A stretch of DNA of 64,000 nucleotides, taken from contig OX597833.1 in assembly GCA_951406725.2 (NCBI GenBank), positions 24,800,001-24,864,000 on the forward strand, in the 5' to 3' direction. Below are positions 9,987 to 19,431 of the stretch, one piece after another. The position numbers and the translations under genes were made by a program. This DNA is from Octopus vulgaris. Taxonomy: Eukaryota. Below the pieces are notes generated by a model, which made no database searches, was not told where the DNA came from, and worked only from the letters and a program-made list of their open reading frames with translations. How positions within the stretch are numbered: the first letter of the stretch is position 1; every line of letters starts with the position of its first letter.

Positions 9987-11405
9987 TCACTTACCTGTCC
10001 TTTGTTTTTCATAGTCACTTGAATGTTCTTTGTCAATACGAATAAATTCCATATCCATTCTTACTCCGAAATACTCATCCATATTTTCCACGAATTCATC
10101 GCTCATTCTTATATCTTTCACCTCCCAATTCTCCCTTTCACACCTCCCCATAAACTCACCTATGTTCTTCTTTTCAATCACAGCATACCTAGTCTCTCCA
10201 ACATCATACCATTTATACTCTTCCATTAGACTTTTAACTTCTTTCTGTTCAGTCATAGTACAAATGTACGGCCTGGGTTCGATTTCAATCTCTTGTGTGT
10301 GTGTATTCTTTTTTTTCTTTTGTTTTCTTGTTGGGGGGGAGCGGGTGGGTTCAATGTCTGCATGGATAGGGTGGGACTCAGAGGGTGTGGGAGGTTTTGG
10401 GGTAGATTGGAGTTCCATATTATTTTCTTTTTTTCCACATATTCTTCTCTTCCTCTTACTTCCAGCTTCCTTCCATTTCTGTGTATTCTCTTCCTCTGTT
10501 TCCTTCTCCTCTGGTTTCTGCTTCTCTCTCTCTGGTTCGGAATCCGTTTCTTTCCCTGGGGGAGGGCAGAAGGCTCTTATGTGACCCCTCAGGCCACACT
10601 TGTAACAACGTGGAGCCCTGCCCTCCACCCACACTCTCATGACCACGTCTCCCAGTCTGATGCTTTCCGTCAGGTCCACCAGTACCTCGGTCTCTGCCTG
10701 TACGTTCAGCTCCACTGTTACGCCTCTCCAGCCCTCGGACTTAACCGAGGCATGGAGAATATCCACTTCGTCCTCGTGGCCGCTGATCACAGCCGCCACA
10801 ATCCATTCTGCCTCCACGTTTGGTGGCACTCCCTCCACCCTTATTCGTGTAATCCTCCTGTTTAAATACGTAGGTAACAGTGTTACCTTTTCCGACTTCA
10901 CCGCCTTCGCTGCCATCTTCCTCGCTGCAGATTCACTTTTAAAGTGCACAACTACGGTCCCGTACTTGGATCCTCGAGTCAGAAAATTTATTTCCTCCTC
11001 AGTTCTTCGCAGGGCTTCCTCTATCCATTCCATGGATACAACTTCTACCTTCTTCCTTTCGTTTGCGCACACCCTGTAAACAATGGTCCTCTTATCATAC
11101 CATTCTTTTCTCCTGGGTGTCGGTGATAGTTCCACCTCACCGCTTTCCTTTTTCATGTATTTCTGGTAACTTGGCAACTTGGCCATGTCGACCCCTTTCT
11201 CTTCCGCCTTCTTGGTTACACCGGCATAGGTATAACTCAGCTTGTCTTCCAATTTCCTTGCTGCCATTTCTAGCTCCTTCTCAGACGTAGGCAAGTCTGA
11301 TAAAGACTCGAAAACTCCAGCCTTTTCCTCCATCAGCTTCACTGCAATTGCCTGTTCCAGTTCCTCATCCGTCGTGGACAAGTCTGTCAGAGACTCATAG
11401 TCCAT
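9987..11405 (-). CDS. U4 ORF1-only cassette protein (type D, long N-terminus), intact, 472 aa
   Basis: ATG 11405 (MDYESL); motifs RGSKYGTVVV and VEGRAPRCYKCGLRGHIRAFC; ends RTGK*. Unit about 9833-11582. Confidence 0.9.
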   Translation of the reverse strand: MDYESLTDLSTTDEELEQAIAVKLMEEKAGVFESLSDLPTSEKELEMAARKLEDKLSYTYAGVTKKAEEKGVDMAKLPSYQKYMKKESGEVELSPTPRRKEWYDKRTIVYRVCANERKKVEVVSMEWIEEALRRTEEEINFLTRGSKYGTVVVHFKSESAARKMAAKAVKSEKVTLLPTYLNRRITRIRVEGVPPNVEAEWIVAAVISGHEDEVDILHASVKSEGWRGVTVELNVQAETEVLVDLTESIRLGDVVMRVWVEGRAPRCYKCGLRGHIRAFCPPPGKETDSEPEREKQKPEEKETEEENTQKWKEAGSKRKRRICGKKENNMELQSTPKPPTPSESHPIHADIEPTRSPPTRKQKKKKNTHTQEIEIEPRPYICTMTEQKEVKSLMEEYKWYDVGETRYAVIEKKNIGEFMGRCERENWEVKDIRMSDEFVENMDEYFGVRMDMEFIRIDKEHSSDYEKQRTGK

Positions 11406-11738
11406 TTCCTTCTGTCTGACAGACCGAAAACGGCCGCCAACAGAAAAAGTGTAACGCGCTGAACGAGCGAAACGCGAAACCGCGTCAACGCCGTTCAGAA
11501 TTTCCACAACAACAACAACGCTTTTTGTTCTTTTTTACCGAATTTTCAGGAGCCGAAAAAAACACGGAGCCGAAAAAAACGCTTATTTCTTTATTACCCA
11601 CTAAGGGGCTACGAAGAATGGCGGACATAACAAAACATGGGGACATAGAACATTATAATTAAACTATATGAACATGAATTGTTAAACGAAAAAAAAATGA
11701 TAAAATGAAAGCGATACCAACGGCCCCGTCCGTCAGCA

Positions 11739-13104
11739 TCACTTACCTGTCCTTTGTTTTTCATAGTCACTTGAATGTTCTTTGTCAATACGAATAAATT
11801 CCATATCCATTCTTACTCCGAAATACTCATCCATATTTTCCACGAATTCATCGCTCATTCTTATATCTTTCACCTCCCAATTCTCCCTTTCACACCTCCC
11901 CATAAACTCACCTATGTTCTTCTTTTCAATCACAGCATACCTAGTCTCTCCAACATCATACCATTTATACTCTTCCATTAGACTTTTAACTTCTTTCTGT
12001 TCAGTCATAGTACAAATGTACGGCCTGGGTTCGATTTCAATCTCTTGTGTGTATGTATTCTTTTTTTTCTTTTGTTTTCTTGTTGGGGGGGAGCGGGTGG
12101 GTTCAATGTCTGCATGGATAGGGTGGGACTCAGAGGGTGTGGGAGGTTTTGGGGTAGATTGGAGTTCCATATTATTTTCTTTTTTTCCACATATTCTTCT
12201 CTTCCTCTTACTTCCAGCTTCCTTCCATTTCTGTGTATTCTCTTCCTCTGTTTCCTTCTCCTCTGGTTTCTGCTTCTCTCTCTCTGGTTCGGAATCCATT
12301 TCTTTCCCTGGGGGAGGGCAGAAGGCTCTTATGTGACCCCTCAGGCCACACTTGTAACAACGTGGAGCCCTGCCCTCCACCCACACTCTCATGACCACGT
12401 TCTCCCAGTCTGATGCTTTCCGTCAGGTCCACCAGTACCTCGGTCTCTGCCTGTACGTTCAGCTCCACTGTTACGCCTCTCCAGCCCTCGGACTTAACCG
12501 AGGCATGGAGAATATCCACTTCGTCCTCGTGGCCGCTGATCACAGCCGCCACAATCCATTCTGCCTCCACGTTTGGTGGCACTCCCTCCACCCTTATTCG
12601 TGTAATCCTCCTGTTTAAATACGTAGGTAACAGTGTTACCTTTTCCGACTTCACCGCCTTCGCTGCCATCTTCCTCGCTGCAGATTCACTTTTAAAGTGC
12701 ACAACTACGGTCCCGTACTTGGATCCTCGAGTCAGAAAATTTATTTCCTCCTCAGTTCTTCGCAGGGCTTCCTCTATCCATTCCATGGATACAACTTCTA
12801 CCCTCTTCCTTTCGTTTGCGCACACCCTGTAAACAATGGTCCTCTTGTCATACCATTCTTTTCTCCTGGGTGTCGGTGATAGTTCCACCTCACCGCTTTC
12901 CTTTTTCATGTATTTCTGGTAACTTGGCAACTTGGCCATGTCGACCCCTTTCTCTTCCGCCTTCTTGGTTACACCGGCATAGGTATAACCCAGCTTCTGA
13001 TCCATTTTCCTCACTGCTATTTCTAGCTCCTCCTCAGACGTAGACAAGTCTGTTAAAGACTCAAAAACTGCAGCCGTATCTCCCATCAGGTAGGGGTTGT
13101 CCAT
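11739..13104 (-). CDS. U5 ORF1-only cassette protein (type D, short N-terminus), 1-nt frameshift near 12400
   Basis: ORFs 12208..13104 and 11739..12398 join. ATGACCACGTTCTCCC has one extra base relative to the sister copies. Unit about 11583-13275. Confidence 0.85.
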
Positions 13105-13424
13105 TTCCTTCTGTCTGACAGACCGAAAACGGCCGCCAAAACAGAAAAAGTGTAACGCGCTGAACGAGCGAAACGCGAAACCGCGTCAACGCCGTTCAGA
13201 ATTTCCACAACAACAACAACGCTTTTTGTTCTTTTTTACCGAATTTTCAGGAGCCGAAAACAAAAAACACGGAGCTTTTTCTTTATTACCCACTAGGGGC
13301 GACACAGAGGGGGACACCACGAAACATGGGGACATATAACATTATAATTAAACTTTATGAAGATGAATTGTTAAACGAAAAAATGATTAAATGAAAGCGA
13401 TACCAACGGCCCCGTCCGTCAGCA

Positions 13425-14840
13425 TCACTTACCTGTCCTTTGTTTTTCATAGTCACTTGAATGTTCTTTGCCAATACGAATAAATTCCATATCCATTCTT
13501 ACTCCGAAATACTCATCCATATTTTCCACGAATTCATCGCTCATTCTTATATCTTTCACCTCCCAATTCTCGCATTCACACATCACCATAAAGTCACCTA
13601 TGTTCTTCTTTTCAATCACAGCATACCTAGTCTCACCAACATCATACCATTTATACTCTTCCATTAGACTTTTAACTTCTTTCTGTTCAGTCATAGTACA
13701 AATGTACGGCCTGATATCGATTTCAATCTCTTGTGTGTGTGTATTCTTTTTTTTCTTTTGTTTTCTTGTTGGGGGGGAGCGGGTGGGTTCAATGTCTGCA
13801 TGGATAGGGTGGGACTCAGAGGGCGTGGGTGGTTTTGGGGTGGATTGGAGTTCCATATTATTTTCTTTTCCACGTATTCTTCTCTTCCTCTTACTTCCAG
13901 CTTCCTTCCATTTCTGTGTATTCTCTTCCTCTGTTTCCTTCTCCTCTGGTTTCTGCTTCTCTTTCTCTGGTTCGGGATCCATTTCTTTCCCTGGGGGAGG
14001 GCAGAAGGCTCTTATGTGACCCCTCAGGCCACACTTGTAACAACGTGGAGCCCTGCCCTCCACCCACACTCTCATGATCACTTCTCCCAGTCTGATGCTT
14101 TCCGTCAGGTCCACCAGTACCTCGGTCTCTGCCTGTACGTTCAGCTCCACTGTTATGCCTCTCCAGCCCTCGGACTTAACCGAGGCATGGAGAATATCCA
14201 CTTCGTCCTCGTGGCCGCTGATCACAGCCGCCACAATCCATTCTGCCTCCACGTTTGGTGGCACTCCCTCCACCCTTATTCGTGTAATCCTCCTGTTTAA
14301 ATACGTAGGTAACAGTGTTACCTTTTCCGACTTCACCGCCTTCGCTGCCATCTTCCTCGCTGCAGATTCACTTTTAAAGTGCACAACTACGGTCCCGTAC
14401 TTGGATCCTCGAGTCAGAAAGTTTATTTCCTCCTCAGTTCTTCGCAGGGCTTCCTCTATCCATTCCATGGATACAACTTCTACCCTCTTCCTTTCGTTTG
14501 CGCACACCCTGTAAACAATGGTCCTCTTATCATACCATTCTTTTCTCCTGGGTGTCGGTGATAGTTCCACCTCACCGCTTTCCTTTTCCATGTATTTCTG
14601 GTAACTTGGCAACTTGGCCATGTCGACCCCTTTCTCTTCCGCCTTCTTGGTTACACCGGCATAGGTATAACTCAGCTTGTCTTCCAATTTCCTTGCTGCC
14701 ATTTCTAGCCCCTTCTCAGACGTAGGCAAGTCTGATAAAGACTCGAAAACTCCAGCCTTTTCCTCCATCAGCTTCACTGCAATTGCCTGTTCCAGTTCCT
14801 CATCCGTCGTGGACAAGTCTGTTAGAGACTCATAGTCCAT
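13425..14840 (-). CDS. U6 ORF1-only cassette protein (type D, long N-terminus), intact, 471 aa
   Basis: Open ORF nearly identical to U4. Unit about 13276-14991. Confidence 0.9.
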   Translation of the reverse strand: MDYESLTDLSTTDEELEQAIAVKLMEEKAGVFESLSDLPTSEKGLEMAARKLEDKLSYTYAGVTKKAEEKGVDMAKLPSYQKYMEKESGEVELSPTPRRKEWYDKRTIVYRVCANERKRVEVVSMEWIEEALRRTEEEINFLTRGSKYGTVVVHFKSESAARKMAAKAVKSEKVTLLPTYLNRRITRIRVEGVPPNVEAEWIVAAVISGHEDEVDILHASVKSEGWRGITVELNVQAETEVLVDLTESIRLGEVIMRVWVEGRAPRCYKCGLRGHIRAFCPPPGKEMDPEPEKEKQKPEEKETEEENTQKWKEAGSKRKRRIRGKENNMELQSTPKPPTPSESHPIHADIEPTRSPPTRKQKKKKNTHTQEIEIDIRPYICTMTEQKEVKSLMEEYKWYDVGETRYAVIEKKNIGDFMVMCECENWEVKDIRMSDEFVENMDEYFGVRMDMEFIRIGKEHSSDYEKQRTGK

Positions 14841-15140
14841 TTCCTTCTGTCTGACAGACCGAAAACGGCCGCCAAAACAGAAAAAGTGTAACGCGCTGAA
14901 CGAGCGAAACGCGAAACCGCGTCAACGCCGTTCAGAATTTCCACAACAACAACAACGCTTTTTGTTCTTTTTTACCGAATTTTCAGGAGCCTTTTTCTTT
15001 ATTACCCACTAGGGGCGACACAGAGGGGGACACCAAGAGACATGGGGACATATAACATTATAATTAAACTTTATGAACATGAGTTGTTAAACGAAAAAAT
15101 GATTAAATGAAAGCGATACCAACGGCCCCATCCGTCAGCA

Positions 15141-16503
15141 TCACTTACCTGTCCTTTGTTTTTCATAGTCACTTGAATGTTCTTTGCCAATACGAATAAA
15201 TTCCATATCCATTCTTACTCCGAAATACTCATCCATATTTTCCACGAATTCATCGCTCATTCTTATATCTTTTACCTCCCAATTCTCGCATTCACACATC
15301 ACCATAAAGTCACCTATGTTCTTCTTTTCAATCACAGCATACCTAGTCTCACCAACATCATACCATTTATACTCTTCCATTAGACTTTTAACTTCTTTCT
15401 GTTCAGTCATAGTACAAATGTACGGCCTGATATCGATTTCAATCTCTTGTGTGTGTGTATTCTTTTTTTTCTTTTGTTTTCTTGTTGGGGGGGGAGCGGG
15501 TGGGTTCAATGTCTGCATGGATAGGGTGGGACTCAGAGGGCGTGGGTGGTTTTGGGGTGGATTGGAATTCCATATTATTTTCTTTTCCACGTATTCTTCT
15601 CTTCCTCTTACTTCCAGCTTCCTTCCATTTCTGTGTATTCTCTTCCTCTGTTTCCTTCTCCTCTGGTTTCTGCTTCTCTCTCTCTGGTTCGGGATCCATT
15701 TCTTTCCCTGGGGGAGGGCAGAAGGCTCTTATGTGACCCCTCAGGCCACACTTGTAACAACGTGGAGCCCTGCCCTCCACCCACACTCTCATGATCACTT
15801 CTCCCAGTCTGATGCTTTCCGTCAGGTCCACCAGTACCTCGGTCTCTGCCTGTACGTTCAGCTCCACTGTTACGCCTCTCCAGCCCTCGGACTTAACCGA
15901 GGCATGGAGAATATCCACTTCGTCCTCGTGGCCGCTGATCACAGCCGCCACAATCCATTCTGCCTCCACGTTTGGTGGCACTCCCTCCACCCTTATTCGT
16001 GTAATCCTCCTGTTTAAATACGTAGGTAACAGTGTTACCTTTTCCGACTTCACCGCCTTCGCTGCCATCTTCCTCGCTGCCGATTCACTTTTAAAGTGCA
16101 CAACTACGGTCCCGTACTTGGATCCTCGAGTCAGAAAATTTATTTCCTCCTCAGTTCTTCGCAGGGCTTCCTCTATCCATTCCATGGATACAACTTCTAC
16201 CCTCTTCCTTTCGTTTGCGCACACCCTGTAAACAATGGTCCTCTTATCATACCATTCTTTTCTCCTGGGTGTCGGTGATAGTTCCACCTCACCGCTTTCC
16301 TTTTTCATGTATTTCTGGTAACTTGGCAACTTGACCATGTCGACCCCTTTCTCTTCCGCCTTCTTGGTTACACCGGCATAGGTATAACCCAGCTTCTGAT
16401 CCATTTTCCTCACTGCTATTTCTAGCTCCTCCTCAGACGTAGACAAGTCTGTTAAAGACTCAAAAACTGCAGCCGTATCTCCCATCAGGTAGGTGCTGTC
16501 CAT
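15141..16503 (-). CDS. U7 ORF1-only cassette protein (type D, short N-terminus), frameshift in G run
   Basis: G8 at 15487-15494 versus G7 in the intact copies; ORFs 15439..16503 and 15141..15590 join. Unit about 14992-16652. Confidence 0.85.
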
Positions 16504-16804
16504 CTCCTTCTGTCTGACAGACCGAAAACGGCCGCCAAAACAGAAAAAGTGTAACGCGCTGAACGAGCGAAACGCGAAACCGCGTCAACGCCGTTCAGAA
16601 TTTCCACAACAACAACAACGCTTTTTGTTCTTTTTTACCGAATTTCAGGAGCTGATTTTTTATTACCCACTAAGGGGCGACACAGAGGGGGACAACAAAA
16701 GACATGGGGACATAGAACATTATAATTAAACTTTATGAACATGTATTGTTAAACGAAAAAAAATGATAAAATGAAAGCGATACCAACGGCCCCGTCCGTC
16801 AGCA

Positions 16805-18219
16805 TCACTTACCTGTCCTTTGTTTTTCATAGTCACTTGAATGTTCTTTGCCAATACGAATAAATTCCATATCCATTCTTACTCCGAAATACTCATTCAT
16901 ATTTTCCACGAATTCATCGCTCATTCTTATATCTTTCACCTCCCAATTCTCCCTTTCACACCTCCCCATAAACTCACCTATGTTCTTCTTTTCAATCACA
17001 GCATACCTAGTCTCTCCAACATCATACCATTTATACCCTTCCATTAGACTTTTAACTTCCCTCTGTTCAGTCATAGTACAAATGTACGGCCTGGGTTCGA
17101 TTTCAATCTCTTGTGTGTGTGTATTCTTTTTTTTCTTTTGTTTTCTTGTTGGGGGGAGCGGGTGGGTTCAATGTCTGCATGGATAGGGTGGGACTCAGAG
17201 GGTGTGGGTGGTTTTGGGGTAGATTGGAGTTCCATATTATTTTCTTTTCCACGAATTCTTCTCTTCCTCTTACTTCCAGCTTCCTTCCATTTCTGTGTAT
17301 TCTCTTCCTCTGTTTCCTTCTCCTCTGGTTTCTGCTTCTCTCTCTCTGGTTCGGAATCCGTTTCTTTCCCTGGGGGAGGGCAGAAGGCTCTTATGTGACC
17401 CCTCAGGCCACACTTGTAACAACGTGGAGCCCTGCCCTCCACCCACACTCTCATGATCACTTCTCCCAGTCTGATGCTTTCCGTCAGGTCCACCAGTACC
17501 TCGGTCTCTGCCTGTACGTTCAGCTCCACTGTTACGCCTCTCCAGCCCTCGGACTTAACCGAGGCATGGAGAATATCCACTTCGTCCTCGTGGCCGCTGA
17601 TCACAGCCGCCACAATCCATTCTGCCTCCACGTTTGGTGGCACTCCCTCCACCCTCATTCGTGCAATCCTCCTGTTCAAATACGTAGGCAACAGTGTTAC
17701 CCTTTCCGACCTCACCGCCCTCGCTGCCACCTTCCCCGCTGCAGATTCACTTTTAAAGTGCACAACTACGGTCCCGTACTTGGATCCTCGAGTCAGAAAA
17801 TTTATTTCCTCCTCAGTTCTTCGCAGGGCTTCCTCTATCCATTCCATGGATACAACTTCTACCCTCTTCCTTTCGTTTGCGCACACCCTGTAAACAATGG
17901 TCCTCTTATCATACCATTCTTTTCTCCTGGGTGTCGGTGATAGTTCCACCTCACCGCTTTCCTTTTCCATGTATTTCTGGTAACTTGGCAACTTGGCCAT
18001 GTCGACCCCTTTCTCTTCCGCCTTCTTGGTTACACCGGCATAGGTATAACTCAGCTTGTCTTCCAATTTCCTTGCTGCCATTTCTAGCCCCTTCTCAGAC
18101 GTAGGCAAGTCTGATAAAGACTCGAAAACTCCAGCCTTTTCCTCCATCAGCTTCACTGCAATTGCCTGTTCCAGTTCCTCATCCGTCGTGGACAAGTCTG
18201 TTAGAGACTCATAGTCCAT
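16805..18219 (-). CDS. U8 ORF1-only cassette protein (type D, long N-terminus), frameshift in G run, with A-to-G cluster
   Basis: G6 at 17151-17156 versus G7; ORFs 17071..18219 and 16805..17074 join. Unit about 16653-18383. Confidence 0.85.
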
Positions 18220-18239
18220 TTCCTTCTGTCTGACAGACC

Positions 18240-18383
18240 GAAAACGGCCGCCAAAACAGAAAAAGTGTAACGCGCTGAACGAGCGAAACGCGAAACCGCG
18301 TCAACGCCGTTCAGAATTTCCACAACAACAACAACGCTTTTTGTTCTTTTTTACCGAATTTCAGGAGCCGAAAAAAACGCGAC
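18240..18383 (-). promoter_or_regulatory. Candidate internal promoter / 5' UTR of cassette (CpG-rich TTTCGCG motifs); equivalents at the 5' end of each unit
   Basis: A CpG-dense patch lies upstream of every ORF1 ATG: 6221-6243 (includes the palindrome CTTCGCGCGAAG), 8072-8085, 9680-9740, 11425-11495 and so on. Promoter function is inferred from L1-clade biology. Confidence 0.4.
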
Positions 18384-18574
18384 CTTTCTCTACATTGTAT
18401 ACTTTATAGACAATAGTCTTTTCTTTATTTTAATTTTTTATTATCCATCTGGACTATTCCATTTCTGCACGCTAAATTTTATTTTATTCCCATTCACGTG
18501 AAACCACTTATTCAAGATCAAGTCATTCATGCAATTTTATACCAATTGCTATTTTTACTTTTTTTATGTTACGA

Positions 18575-19023
18575 TTATATTATACTTTAGTTTGATTTTA
18601 ATAATTACTTACTACGTATAATTCAATTGTTATTATTATTTTATTGTTAAAGTAAAAGTATCTGACATAAAATAGAGAAATGTGTTTGTTTCACTTTTAA
18701 CACGTAATACTGAAATAGTGGGGAAGATATGATATTGCTATGGGCTCGCTCTAGGCAAGAAGTTGAACATTTTTTTTGCCCATGAACCTACAAGGACCCA
18801 AAGTATTATATTATACTTTAGTTTGATTTTAATTATTATTTACTACGTATAATTCAATTGTTATTATTATTTCTATTGTTAAAGTGAAAGCATCTGACAT
18901 AAAATAGAGAAATATTTTTGTTTCACTTTTAAATAGTGGAGAAAATATGATATTGCTATGGGCTCGCTCTAGGCAAGAAATTGAACATTTTTTTGCCCAT
19001 AAAACTACATGGACCCTAAGTAA
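18575..19023. repeat. Two-copy tandem repeat (about 225 bp) inside the Helitron 5' arm
   Basis: ATTATATTATACTTTAGTTTGATTTTAAT...GCTATGGGCTCGCTCTAGGCAAGAA occurs twice (about 18575-18803 and 18805-19023). Confidence 0.9.
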
Positions 19024-19077
19024 GGCATGTGTAAAATTTGAATGAAATTGGTTGTGTAGTTCTCAAGTTTTAGGGAA

Positions 19078-19108
<31 letters not shown>

Positions 19109-19386
19109 CACATTCTCAGTTTTATATATATAAAGATGACAGACATAAGGAGACACCTCGGTGGACAGCTTAGATATGAGTAGAAGTCACCTCATTTTCT
19201 CATGACTGGAAGAATTTAAAATTACACTCGTTTAAGAATAGATGCTGAACAGAGGCGGGATGAGTTATGGGGTTTTCAGAAACAAATTCTTGTGTGTTTA
19301 TGAGGCATATTTGTACTTATATATATGTATACATATTTATGTTTGTGTAAATTTACATCTATATACATTTAGGAATATATATATAT

Positions 19387-19431
<45 letters not shown>

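Larger units (their letters stand above)
9833..18383 (-). repeat. Five near-identical, approximately 1.7-kb head-to-tail units (U4-U8)
   Basis: The same 5' region (AACGCGCTGAACGAGCGAAACGCG on +), ORF and 3' UTR recur with a period of about 1.66-1.75 kb. Confidence 0.97.
631..19136 (-). mobile_element. Non-autonomous Helitron-like element (termini only, no RepHel) enclosing the LINE/ORF1 array
   Basis: The minus strand begins A|TCTTTATATATATAAAA at 19136. It ends GACCCG-GCAACGA-CGGGTC (hairpin 642-660) TTTAATG CTAG|T at 631. This is the canonical 5'-TC, 3' hairpin + CTAG, A|T target and no TSD. A (GACA)n tract (about 19079-19107) and internal tandem repeats are typical of non-autonomous Helitrons. 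That both ends belong to one element is inference. Confidence 0.65.

Noticed and set aside
1121-16700. Regularly recurring motif as a CRISPR-like array
   Set aside because: The spacing is kilobases, the context is eukaryotic and there are no cas genes. The motif is a retroelement 3' end.
2363-18104. Plus-strand ORFs overlapping the array (for example 4982..5866, 8268..9047, 15184..16017)
   Set aside because: They are antisense shadows of purine-rich minus-strand ORFs, F/S/L-rich and without motifs.
6376-18383. Interpretation as LTR-retrotransposon gag genes or LTRs
   Set aside because: There is no protease, RNase H, integrase, PBS or TG..CA LTR. The ORFs are homologous to the ORF1 of the adjacent APE-type LINE.
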